NCBI GenBank assembly: GCA_026026165.1
Contig: JAPEUD010000039.1
Location: 124,001-188,000, forward strand
Direction: 5' to 3'
DNA: 64,000 nucleotides
Source: Sarea resinae
Lineage: Eukaryota
The notes under the pieces are model-generated. The model was not told the DNA's origin. It made no database searches and was given only the letters and a program-made list of their open reading frames with translations. Of this stretch, positions 40,921-52,778 are shown piece after piece. The stretch's first letter is position 1, and each line of letters begins with the position of its first letter. The position numbers and the translations under genes were made by a program.

Positions 40921-41608
40921 GATGGCGGTTTTTCGCGAGCTGTAGAATGCTGAGTGCGAGGTTGAGCGATGCAGACGGTTTTAGGTTTCACCATGCACAA
41001 TATACGGGCAGTGTTGTTATAGATGGACTACACGTTTTCTAGATGCTACGATTTTACCCCTCCATGGCACTGGCACTCTACCACTACTCTACTCCGGAGT
41101 ATGTTGCCGCTACACTAGATGGTGAGGCTAGGAGAGGCTAGATATTCTTCGGTGGACGATCGCTATGTCATAGTGCTAAGTCCGCGGCTGCTGCTAATAT
41201 CCGAGCTTTGAAATCATGGCATTTGTCATCCGGTGTGGCCACGACGATTGCCAAGATAGTAAAGGTAGTTATCAAGGCCAAACAGCGGTGAGGTCATTAA
41301 TCAATTTCTCGACGCTGCACGAGCATCAAGCCAGGAGAGGAAATTGATGCATTTGGGATGGATCAACCGAACGACAATACTGGAGTCACTCCGATTCGCC
41401 ATCAAAGAAGGCGCCGAGCTGGGCTATGGAAGTCTGTGTACACTACACCCATATTCAATGGCCGATTCCAGCATTGGACCCTGAGAGAATAGCAGTTCAT
41501 ATTATAGAGACAGAGACAGAGACATCCTAAAACCGCAATCATGCCTGGCCGTCCCTTGAAAATGCCATGCAACTGAAGACGGAAATTGATGAGAGATCTA
41601 CGCCCTGC

Positions 41609-43645
41609 TTAGTGCCCGTTCTGCCCAGAGTCTTCCTCCCTTGGAGCCGGCACACGAGCGGTCTTGCCCTTGTCAGTGGCCTTCCGGGAGGCCAGCCTGT
41701 CCCTTTTCTCCTCCATCAGATGAGTTTCTCGGACCTGCTTTTCCAAGTCCTTGTACGTATCCACACGCTCCTTGCATTTCTCCGAGACTTTGGCCGAGAG
41801 CCGCTGGAGACCCTTCTCGGAGTGCTGCAGAATCGGCATCTGCACAATTGCGGAAAAGGTGTCGAACACTTCGCTGATGGGGATCGAGTATTTGTCGGCA
41901 AATTGTCGGAAGGGGAAATGCTGCTGGGTCTGCACCATGAGGTCCGCATACATCCTGCTGGTCCATGGCTTGGCAGCCTGGGAAGCCGGTGGACGCATGG
42001 CACTGCCCGGGAGACCTGGAGTTGTCCCTTGACGGATCCGATTCGGATTCAAGAGCGGGTCTACGGAGGGATCAAACGCCGGCGTGGACCAGAGCACTTT
42101 GTTGCGACTACGGGGCATTGGAGTCTCCCCAGTCGAACTGGTGAGACGGTTTGATTGAATTTCCGGTTGAATGGGGGGAGTGTTTGCGGCCGTGTTGATG
42201 CTATTATGGTTTGGTGCCATTGAAGAAACACGGGCCAGGTAGGGACCTTTATCAGCTGGAGCACGACGAGAGTTCGCCGCGGGGACGGATTCGTTGTCAA
42301 TCTGTGGTTTCTTACGCAGTCTTGAGTCCTCGGAAATCATATCGACATCACGATCGGGCTGACCTGGTCTGTCCATACCCTCACTGGCTGTTACCATATC
42401 TGTACTGAGGCTCGGTGCGACAAGCATTGCGGGACCAAGAACACGAGGCCCGGAACTAGAACCTGAAATGGCATTCCTCCTCTCGAAGGGGTTTCCAGGC
42501 ACACGCAGCGGATCATCGTGCGTTCCATTGCTGACTGCTGGGTTGATGAAACGCATCTTCTTCATGGGCATTTTGGTCACACCTGATAGATAATCGCCGG
42601 GGCGTTTGATAGTGGAAGTTTGAAAGGACAAGCAATCATCGGGTTTATCGGGCAGATCTTCCAAATCGATCACTTCCTTTCCATTGAATTGTCTCAGCCG
42701 AGCGCGGCTCTGGCGCCGGACTTTGAAACTGGAAGTATCCCGAGGACTGATTCGAAGGTGCGAATCTAGCCCCAGAGGAGAAGCCGGCGGTGCGGTTGGC
42801 GGCAAGATTATTGGGCGGGCGATCGACCGCTCTGCTGGGGTAGCCGATGGCGGATCGCGGCTCCGATGCCGTGCTTTACCGTCCGAGAGAACATGAGAGT
42901 CTTCCAGGACAGAAGAATAGCCTCCTAAAACAATGGGAGGGCTGTCCGAGCCAACGAAAGATCGGGTCTCGCGACGACCTTTCTCTGGAGAAGCAACTGG
43001 AGAAGCATCTGCTGGCGGGGCTGATAGCTGATGATGGGGCGGCTTTGACGATAGATTCGGGGCTGGCCCGCAGCTCTGATGCTGAACTTCATCTTCAGTG
43101 GCGTTGAAAGGGCTAATTCGAGGTGGAGGGCCATTCTCTGTAGGGCCAGCTGACAGATCATCCAGGGACAGAGCCGGTGATTGCGAACCTGATCGCTTTG
43201 GTGAGAAGGTGAACGCTGAATAGACCTGGCTGAAGGAAAGCGCTTGAGTGGCGTCGGTCTTTGCAGCAACCTCTTGGGTCTGAAGAGGACTGGACAGTGC
43301 CGGAGTAGTAGAGGTATCGATGGCAGGATCTTTGTATGCGGAGGAGGTTCTGGCAGCTTCAGCTAGGTTGATCTGAGGCGGTGCAGTGGAGGCTCCCTTT
43401 TCAGACGATCCAAGACTCGCTGACGGCTGAAGAGCTAGCTCAATGCTCGGTACAGAAGAAGATCTCGTCGTGTTGCCCGGATGAGCCTGAGATGCTGAAG
43501 AATTGGAGCATCTTTGGCCATCGCTGCGTCTTCTCGCCGAGACTTGCTCATCGGAATAGGGCTTGTCTGGAGCCTCAGCAGCTTCGATTGCAATGCCTCT
43601 CTTTTCTGCAAGAGTAGACTTTATGAACTTCGAATTACTGTCCAT
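41609..43645 (-). CDS. Hypothetical 678-aa protein, mostly disordered, with a small C-terminal helical domain
   Basis: Long uninterrupted Ser/Pro-rich ORF. Folded-looking segment WTSRMYADLMVQTQQHFPFRQFADKYSIPISEVFDTFSAIVQMP followed by a coiled coil. Confidence 0.75.
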   Translation of the reverse strand: MDSNSKFIKSTLAEKRGIAIEAAEAPDKPYSDEQVSARRRSDGQRCSNSSASQAHPGNTTRSSSVPSIELALQPSASLGSSEKGASTAPPQINLAEAARTSSAYKDPAIDTSTTPALSSPLQTQEVAAKTDATQALSFSQVYSAFTFSPKRSGSQSPALSLDDLSAGPTENGPPPRISPFNATEDEVQHQSCGPAPNLSSKPPHHQLSAPPADASPVASPEKGRRETRSFVGSDSPPIVLGGYSSVLEDSHVLSDGKARHRSRDPPSATPAERSIARPIILPPTAPPASPLGLDSHLRISPRDTSSFKVRRQSRARLRQFNGKEVIDLEDLPDKPDDCLSFQTSTIKRPGDYLSGVTKMPMKKMRFINPAVSNGTHDDPLRVPGNPFERRNAISGSSSGPRVLGPAMLVAPSLSTDMVTASEGMDRPGQPDRDVDMISEDSRLRKKPQIDNESVPAANSRRAPADKGPYLARVSSMAPNHNSINTAANTPPIQPEIQSNRLTSSTGETPMPRSRNKVLWSTPAFDPSVDPLLNPNRIRQGTTPGLPGSAMRPPASQAAKPWTSRMYADLMVQTQQHFPFRQFADKYSIPISEVFDTFSAIVQMPILQHSEKGLQRLSAKVSEKCKERVDTYKDLEKQVRETHLMEEKRDRLASRKATDKGKTARVPAPREEDSGQNGH

Positions 43646-44385
43646 CTTGCCAGTGGTGAAAATCCTGCGGGAGTTTGATGAAAAAAGTGCTCGGTGTGGA
43701 GTGTCGATCTAAATGAGTGTGCCGCGGTGGAAGATCAAACTTTGGATTCGCACTCTCGGACCTGAACGGGACATGTAGGCAGACTCGTCCGTCCGCTGAA
43801 CCATTTATGAAAAGGCGTATCATCTTGGACGATGATTGCACGCTATAAGGCCGTCAAACGTCCTTTCATGGAAGACGGGGCAAGCGTTTCTATTCGCGAC
43901 GGGAAGCTGCAGCTTCGACGCTGTGGACCACGTAGGAAATTACAAGCAGGTACTATAGTGACAAAAGACGAGCAAGATCCGAAATGGAATCGGCTTGCAG
44001 AATGAAGCCACCGGGATGTTTCACTGTTAGCTACAGTCTGGCTTCTCAAGAGCACCGAACAGGATTGAAATCCTCACTTTTTATCGTGATTGTTTTGTTT
44101 CTTTCATCTATGAGTACTCTGCCGAGACCCTGAACTGGACCTACGGGATTGCCAAACAAGACAAAGGCGAGGCAAATGCTCGGTCGACGTTCAATCAGAT
44201 GCGTCCACCAAAACCAAGCCAGGCACGCAGGTACGCGGGCGACTCAGATACTCTAGTCTCTAAACAAACGAACAGCGTGTATCATGTCCCAAAGCCTTGA
44301 CGCCAACCCAAAAAGAAAAAAGAAAAGAAACCGGAGACCCACCATGGCGGAAAAGAGCCATCGTTATGAACAGACCATGGAACGT

Positions 44386-45728
44386 CTACCATTCGTCATC
44401 CCATCCTTCCTCCCCCTTTACCTTGCCCGATGCTCCTCCCGCTGGACCACCCGGACCTCCCCGCATGGCAGCAGTACCGATAGAGCTCTTGGTTTGTTTC
44501 GCACCGAGTGCAGCACCAGGACCATCAGCAGAGGCACCAAAATGATCCCAGAAGTCTCGCTTTTCGTCGTCGAGGGGTGGGGCGGCACGGCGCGATGAGG
44601 ACGAGGAGGAGCGGCCGAGGCCGGAAGAGGAGGAGGCAGCTCCTTGGGACTCGATGAAGGCGTTCAGTTGCTCGGTCGTGTAGCGAGTTCCGGTCTGGAT
44701 GTTGGCTCCTAGCTGGATCGCGCGCTGCCGCGCCTGGGCTGCGAGATCGGCTTCTACTAGCTATTTCGTTTGAAGAAGATATGTCAGGACAATTCTTTTT
44801 AAAGGCCGAGCACAGGATGAGGGTTACCTTCTGGGCTGTGGGCTGAATCCAGCCATCATTGACCTGCTTGGCGCTTTTGCCCACTGTGCTTGTAAACCAA
44901 CCCAGCCCCTTTGACAGCGCCGCGACGGGATCTTTCTGGAAATCGTCCACGCCCGGAAGTGCTGCATCTCCGCCAGCTCGCCCGCTGGTGGGCATCGGCT
45001 CGCTGCCAAAACCGGCATATTTCCCTCCCTGTGATGGATGCAGTCCTTCTGGTCGTGTTGCGTTGTCGTTGCCCAGACGGGCGAAGTAGGCTTCGTTTTG
45101 AGACTTCTTTGATCCCATCGTCGAGGACCCAAGGGATTGCGCCGACGACGACAATGAATCTTGGCGTCTGCCCTGCGGCGTCCCTGACCGCGGACTCGTC
45201 ATCGATGACGACTTGGAAAACCCTCCCATGGCCGCAGCAGATGTGGTGTTCTTCTTCCTCTCCCCAGGCACATACTCGCGCCCCTCGACCTTTGCCGTCA
45301 GCCTCTCCTTCCACTCCTCGCCCACGTCGCCCGAATACCGTTCTGCGACGGTGCAGTCCTCAAAGGTGCGCCCCTCCATTTTCGTCATCTCGTGCTCGTC
45401 GAAGAAGGTGCGCCAGGGCTTGTTGCCGCCCTGTTCCATGCGGGCAATCTCGGTCACCTTGAAGGCGTCCATGGTGACGGAGCGCACAAAGGAGATGTGC
45501 ACGCCGAGGCCGCGGTGGGTGCCGGCGCAGGTGAGGCAGATGAAGATGCCGAATTTGGGAGAGGCCCATTGGGGCGAGGGGGCGCCGCAGTCGCAGCAGC
45601 GGTGATTGTCATGGCGCTTTTGGATCTCGAGGAGCTGTGGGGTTTCAGTCCATCTGGCAACGTCGGATGGTGGAAAGGATCATGACTAGACTAACCTTGG
45701 TCCTCGTCTCGGGGTCAATCTCCCACAT
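44386..45728 (-). CDS. gcs1: ADP-ribosylation factor GTPase-activating protein (ArfGAP1/Gcs1 family)
   Basis: MWEIDPETRTK|LLEIQK...CCDCGAPSPQWASPKFGIFICLTCAGTHRGLGVHISFVRSVTMD zinc finger, NEAYFARLGNDNATRPEGLHPSQGGKYAGFG, ends GWDDEW. Two introns. Confidence 0.93.
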
Positions 45729-46832
45729 CGTGACCAGGCGCGAGGCGGCGATTGAAGAGGAGGGGGAGCTCTCGAACCAAAGAAGTTGTGGGAGTGATGA
45801 CGATGATGGCGATGGAGATGAGGGAGAGGATGAAGTTGAAGTACGCAATTCCACCCACCGAGGTGTGTACTCGTCTCGATGTATCCGTACGGGGAAATGA
45901 TGTCGGCGTGTACGAGGAGCGTCGTCGAGGGAACAATGCCGAGACCCCTCGATTGCCCTGCCATGCAGGTCACGAGTACTCGATGTTCGGCACCTCGCAC
46001 GCTCACGGAGAAGTCGAGAGTACACCCTCTACGGGGTCGGCTCAGCGATCGAGTGACGAATGACGGGCATCGAGCATGTCCATGGGATTCGTACTCGCCC
46101 TCCTACTACTCTACCTCATTCTCAGCGAAGAAGAAGAAGAAGATGGAAAAAGAGAAGGACAAAAAGGAATCAAGGGATCAAGGGATGAACCAGGCGGCAT
46201 CATTGAGATCCAACCCTCATTGTCTTCGTAGAGGATTCGAGTCGATCGTGAGGCTTCATTCATCTTCATCTTCGTCTTCGTCTTCGTCTTCGTCTTCCTT
46301 CCCCTGCCCCAGGCGCGTAATACCTCGTAAGCTGGCCCACCAGCCATCGCCCATACTACGCAGTACTCTAGAGTATCCGTCACCGCCACTACCTGCGAAC
46401 TACTCCAGTGCTACTACACGACGCTCGACGCTCGACGCTACGCTACGGCCACGATCATCAACCGCTCCGCCTCCACGGCTAAACATATCTCACTCTTGAA
46501 ACCACCCTCTCTTTCGTCCTTTCCTCTCGACCCTCCAAGGGCCACCTCTCTCTCGCCATCATCACCCGCCATCAGCCATCATCGCTACCACCGTCACTCC
46601 ATTCACCTTCAACTACGATACCGCCGCAGTGTGGCCATCGTTTTGCCGACGTCGCATCTTGTCAGGGACAGGCGATTGACTTGGCCAAGCAGGGCCGGTA
46701 GAGACGCCACCTTCCTCCAACCGGCTGCACGTCTCATCCACCACGGTTCGCCCTGCGCGGACAAGACGAGAACGCCCATCGAGACGGCACAGTCATCGTC
46801 TGGGACGGTGAACACGCGCAGTCGAGGGCGTC

Positions 46833-48770
46833 ATGGCCATATGCAATACCACCCTCACGAGTGAGAAGAGTGCGCCAACCTTGCACCGTTCTTGAGAACC
46901 TCCCGCTGACATGCGCAGTCCACGAGGATCCGCTCTGGCATGGCTTCACCTTTCATCACTTTGGCCTGATCCTTTCGGCCGTCTTCGCCCTCATCTCCGT
47001 CATCGTGTCGTTCCTCTTGATCTTCAGACATGCGACTCATTACCTCCGACCAGACGAACAAAGACAGTACGTCAAGCCACGTCAAGCCACGTCAGGCCAG
47101 ATGGCAGAGAAACAACAGACTGACATCTTCGCAGCATCATACGCATCCTATTTATGATTCCCATCTACTCGACCGTTTCGTTCCTATCGTATCTCTTCTA
47201 CCGGCACGCCGTCTACTTCGAAGTGGCCCGAGACTGCTACGAAGCCTTCGCCATTGCCAGCTTCTTTGCATTGCTCTGCCACTATATTGCGCCGAGTTTG
47301 CACGAACAAAAGGATTGGTTTCGCAAACTGAAGCCTCGGCCCTGGGTGTTGCCTCTCAGTTGGTTCAGGCGATGTTGCGGGGGAGAGCGTGGCATGTGGC
47401 GGACGCCACGGAGCGGGTTGACGTGGTTCAATGTGCGCCCTTGACCCTGTGATCCGCGGCTCTTTGCTAATTTCGGCAGATTATCTGGTTAGGAGTTTTC
47501 CAGTATTGCTTCATCCGCGTCTTCTTCACTTTGGTGTCGGTGGTATCGCAAGCCTTTGGCCGGTATTGCGAATCATCATTGAACCCGGCCTTTGCACATA
47601 TATGGGTGAGTATCTATGGACGGTAATTGCAATGGTGGACTGACGTGAATCGCAGGTCATGGTATTCGAGGGCTCCGCAGTAACGATAGCCATGTACTGC
47701 ATCATCCAATTCTACATCCAAGTGAGCGCCGACATCGCCGAGCACAAACCCTTTATGAAGATCCTCTGCATCAAGCTTGTCATTTTCTTCTCGTTTTGGC
47801 AGACGGTAAGCTCCCAATCTTTTTGTTTTGTGCAGATCACTGATGCTTGTGCCAGCTCATTATATCGTTCCTGTCGTCCTCGGGTGCGCTCAAGACAAGC
47901 AAACACCTCGCATCCCCCGACATCAAAGTCGGCATCCCCAGCATGCTCTTGTGTATCGAAATGGCCATCTTCAGCATCCTGCACCTCTTCGCCTTCCCCT
48001 ACAAACCCTACACCATCCCCGCCAATCCCGAACTCGCCACGGGCTCGGGCTACTCGGGCGGGACGCCGCGCTACGTCGGCGGGCCCATGGGCGTCAAGGC
48101 CATCGTGGACGCCTTCAACCCGTGGGATCTCGTCAAGGCCGTCGGGCGCGGCGTCAAGTGGGTGTTTGTGGGTCGGCGGAAACGGCTGGCGGACATAAGC
48201 TACAAAGACAGCATCTCGGGCCCCTCGGCGCTCGGCGGCGATCCCATGGACCCGTCCACGATGGGCACGACGTACGGCGGCCCGCTGTCGGCCAACAAAC
48301 CGTCGCGCTACCAGCCCCTCGACGAAGAGGAAGACGAGCAGCTCCTCGCCCACGCCGGGCCCAATCCCATCTCCAACGCGCCCGGCGCTTACGCGAGCCC
48401 GTACGGCTACACGGCGCCGTCGAATCTGTCGGTCGGCGTCGCGGATGTCGACGGGCCTGCGGGCGAGATTGGCGACCAGAGATGGGGCTCTTCTCTGACC
48501 ACGGGAGGAGCGGCAACAGCAGGAGGGGGACTGCATGACACCGAGTACCATGGTGGTGGTGGCGGAGGAGCGGTGTCGCAGTATCCGCCACAGATTCCGT
48601 ATCCGTCGGGCCAGCAGGGGGTAGAAGGCGAGTGGGACGTCTGGGGCGGTGCGCAGCCGGGAGTAACGGCGACGGGGCATGGGGGGCTACCACCACAACC
48701 ACAACAACCACCACAACCACCCTCGGGACGGGGTGGTCCACGGCACGGGTACGAGGGCGGGGCGTTTTGA
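46833..48770 (+). CDS. TMEM184/OSTalpha (DUF300, Hfl1-like) multi-pass membrane protein
   Basis: Six exons. HATHYLRPDEQR|HIIRILFMIPIYS, RDCYEAFAIASFFALLCHY, KILCIKLVIFFSFWQ, LLCIEMAIFSILHLFAFPYKPY. Confidence 0.92.
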
Positions 48771-48779
48771 TTTTTTTTC

Positions 48780-49515
48780 TTTATGATTGATTGATGTTGA
48801 TGTTGATGTTTGCGTTGCGTTGCTTGGCTGGGCTAGGCTAGGCTGGACTGGGCCGGGGTGTCAGATGAATCAGTGGATCGATTGTTTGTATTCCAGACAT
48901 ATATACCTGTACCTGGCTGGCGTGCTTGTTTGTTTTTTAGGTCTGATGATAGTGATGCGTCAAGTCCTGTCGGTCATGTCAAGTCATGTCGGTCATGTGA
49001 ATCATGTTCATGCTCGTGTTCATGCTCCTGCCGATCATGCTCATGTTCATGTTCATATTCATATTCATGCCTCTTCGAGAACAGCCTCTACACTTTCCAT
49101 TTTCCCCTGTCCACTCTACCCTTCATCTTCTCACATTTCCCCCTTGCCCCTGTTCACCCTTATTTCTCACCTTCTCCCATTTACCCCTTTCCCCATTTCC
49201 CATTCCCTGTCCAAATTCCTCCTCCTCCCCCAACCTCACCCCACCTTTCTCTGTCCTCACTTTCGTACGGTTACTCCGCGGCGTCCATGTCCATGTCCAT
49301 GTCCATGTCCATGTCTACGTCTACGTCCATCCATGTCTACGTCCATCTACATCTATCATCTCATGCATACCACAGTTTCCTTCCTTTCATTGGCGATGGT
49401 CTGGGGAAGCGGATGCTTGTTGTCGTTGTCGTTGTTGTTGTCATTGCTGTCGTTGTTGTCGTTGCTACCATTGTTATTTTCGTTAGCTTAGCGGTTCAGC
49501 TGTTGTCGTTGTTGC

Positions 49516-49551
<36 letters not shown>

Positions 49552-50610
49552 GGTCGTGGTCGTTTGCTGTCATTGTCGTCGTCGTCACTGTCGTCGTCGT
49601 CGTCCTCTGCGATAGTGGTTACTTATTCTTGTTCTTGGTCGAGGAGGTCGTGGTATAGGAGTAGTAGAGAGTGGTGCTAGTAACTCTTGCATCTCTCTCC
49701 TCTCTCTCCTCTCTCTCCTCTCTCTCCTCTTTTGCTTGCTTACTTAGCTAAGTCCCCTGTTCGGGTCTGGGTCTGGGTCTGGGTTTTGGCTTTCATTCGG
49801 GCCCGGTTCGGTTTGTTTGCTGGTTGGCGTTACCTACCTACCTACCTACCTACCTACCTACCTACTTGCGGTCGTGATTTCGGTTTTGTTTTGTTTGGGC
49901 TGGTGTGAGATATTTTAGTCGGTTTAGTTAGCGTCAGTCAGTTAAGTTAGTTTAGTGATTCAGTGATTTAGTGAGTTTAGTGAGTTTAGTGATTTAGCTA
50001 CCTTGGTCAATCGATCAAGTTCGCCGTGCTCGTTTGCTTGTTCGTTTGTTTGTTTGTTTGTTCGTTCGTTCGTTCGTTCGTTCGTTCGTTTCGATATCCA
50101 TCTATCCATCTATCCATCTATCTATCTGTTGGATCTGTTGATCTATATTATACTATTCTATTCTGTTCTGTTCTGTTCTATCTATCTAGTAGTCGGGTCG
50201 GAATAGTCGGGTCGGAGAGGTTGAGCAGTCGGTGGTGAGTGAAGCGGTCAGTTTGGTTGGTTGGCTAGTTAGTCAGTCAGCCAACTGAGTTAGTTAGGCA
50301 GTTAATTCTATAGGTAGGTAGATAGATGGAATAGGTAGGTAGGTAGTTGGATAATAGGTGGATAGGTAGGTAGTTGGATAATAGGTAGATAGGTAGGTAG
50401 GTAGGTAGGTAGGTAGGTAGGTTGTTAGATAGTTAGAAAGATAAAGGAGATATTGAAGAGGAGAGAGAAATAGAGGAAGAGAAGAGAAGAAGAGAGGAGA
50501 GAGAGACAAAAGTGGAAAAAGAGAGGAAGACTTAGAGAGAGAGAGAGAGAGAGCAAGGGAGAGAAGCACAGATAGAGAGGTGAAATTGAAATTGGAATTG
50601 GAATTATAGA
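48780..50610. repeat. Microsatellite-dense island between the convergent TMEM184 gene and csn6
   Basis: (CATGTC)n, (GTCGTT)n, (CTCTCTCCT)n, (TACC)n at ~49831-49865, (TTTG)n/(TTCG)n at ~50044-50089, (GGTA)n at ~50330-50421, and (GA)n. Confidence 0.88.
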
Positions 50611-50733
50611 CTATGAACCACGAACCACGACACTAGACTCCAGGTAAAGAAAAGCCCATCCCATTCCCTACCCAGAGACACATGCACACGCACGAAACAC
50701 TTGCTACTCCCCACTAAACTGACTGAACTGAGC

Positions 50734-52378
50734 CTACGCATCCATCCAGCCGCCCTCTCCTCCAAACTGCTGGTCGCCGGGAGAAGCATACGCGCCACCA
50801 CTGCCGAGCCCGCCGCCGTCTGCGGACGAGCCGAACAGGCTGGCGTTGCCACCACCGCCCACGGCAGCAGCCGCGGCTGCCACGGCGGTGTTGGAGAGAT
50901 GATGTTTTCGTGACGAGGAGCGCGCGTTGTCGATGATCTTGGAGGGATATGTTAGTATCGACTAAGTCATGTCATGTCATGTTGTGTCGTGTCATTGGGT
51001 TGGTGGTGTACAGAAGAGAGTATCAAATGAAAGTAGGAAAAGGGAGTATCAGGGTGGTGAACAGACAAAGAAAATATCAGGGGTGAGGAGCAAGCAGAGA
51101 CAAGAGACAAGACAACAACATACAGCAAACTTCCGGCCCATCTCGCGCATGTCGCGCACGGATTTGCCGACGACGCCCAGCAGCGCCACGAGCTGCACGT
51201 CGTTCTTCTCGGCCCGCGCCTCGGTCGCGAACCGCGCCGTGTCCGACGGCACCAGCAGCGGCAGCCGGTTCAGCAGCGCGTGCATGGACCGCAGGATCGT
51301 GTGGTCCGTCTGTACGGACGACGGTGCAGCTTGCGTCGGAGACGCGGATGTCGAGGGAGTGGTGAGGTACGAGGGCGGTAGCGAAGACAGATAGGCTTTG
51401 AGGAGCAGAATGCGCGAATGGAGCATTTTCGTCGCGTTGGCTTTGGCGGTCAGGGAGGCGATGACTGCGTAAACGGTCAATCAGTGGAATCGACAGAGAC
51501 ACAAAAAACGTACGCTCTTCATCTTCAGGCGAAAGCACCACAGCATCGTCACTGGCGCCATTTGCTTGTCCTTCTGGCTTGCCCTTGTCCCTGCCTTTGC
51601 CCTTGCCCTTTGACGACGGTCTCGACTCTTTGCTGTCGGCCCCCTCCGTGCCCTCGACGGCCATGGCATTCCCTCCACCCCGCGCCACAAAATCCACTCC
51701 GATCATCTCCGCCTTGCCCGTCTCGACCGAGTACGGCAGCTCCCTGAAGCGGAGTTTCGGTTGCCCTGCCACCGGCGCGCCCTCGCCGCCCTCGACCTGC
51801 ATGCCAGACCGATCATCAGCGGCAGCCGTGTCGCCTTCGTAGACGCTCTCGTAGATGGTGAGCGGTAGCTGGCCGCCGGTAGCAGAGCCCTCGGCGACAA
51901 TGGTAGGGTGGAACGCGAGAAAGACGGCCGACTCGTTGTAGACCTCGGAGATCTGCTGGTGGATGGGAAGATGGTGTGGCTGCGGCCCCGACGTGGGCGC
52001 GATGCTGAACCAGCCTACGAGATCGAGAGCGGGAGCTTTGTGGACATTCCTGACTGCAGGAGATCCGCATCAGCTTCATCGTTGACTTGTTATATCAAAC
52101 TCACATTGCTGTATTCGCTCGGCGAACCAATCCGGGAGCAGCAGCACTTCTCCGTCATCATTTTCTTTCGTGTGGCATTCGAAGGCATGCTCGAGGCTGA
52201 TCTCGCGTCCGTTCTGCTGGCCCAGGAGCGCGCCCACGATGGGGCCTGGTTGCCTTCGGAGGGTGTGCCGGGTGATGTAGTCGGAGATTGTGAGGAGGAC
52301 CAGAGGATGGAGGAGGACCTGAAGACCCGAATCGGCTTGGTGAGAGGAGAGGAGAGGATTCGGCTCGGAGTCGGGCAT
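50734..52378 (-). CDS. csn6: COP9 signalosome subunit 6 (MPN- domain)
   Basis: LQVLLHPLVLLTISDYITR...GALLGQQNGREISLEHAFE, LDLVGWF, FRELPYSVETGKAEMIGVDFVARG, IASLTAKANATKMLHSRILLLKAYL. Three introns. Confidence 0.92.
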
Positions 52379-52778
52379 TTTGTCGGTGGTGGTGGTGGTG
52401 GTGGTGATGTTGATTATGAGGTGTTGATGGTGTTGAACGCGGAGGGGACTCGTGGTGGTGACGCTGCCGAAGCTCGATTGACAATTACGTAGAGTAGGTA
52501 TCGGAGCAATCGAGTTGCACGATCTTGATAGAGAGCCAACAAGAATCGACGAGGAATTGCTTCACATCACACTTATTTGGTCCACTGAATTTCTAATGCT
52601 GTCACGTTATCGAATATCTCGCATGCATGAATTTCATCTGTCACCATCTCAATCACATCTCAATTCTTTTTGATTCGGCAACCGTCTCCACGGTTCAACT
52701 GGAGTCATGCCCGCATGGTATACGAAAATCAAATCAAATCATCAAACTCCAGACATCTCACAACGCCGTACAGAAACA

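Noticed and set aside
48787..49658. ORFs of 234, 266 and 160 aa in the ORF track
   Set aside because: These are translations of microsatellites (CSCSCS, HVHVHV, poly-V/L) in the convergent island, with no protein-like content.
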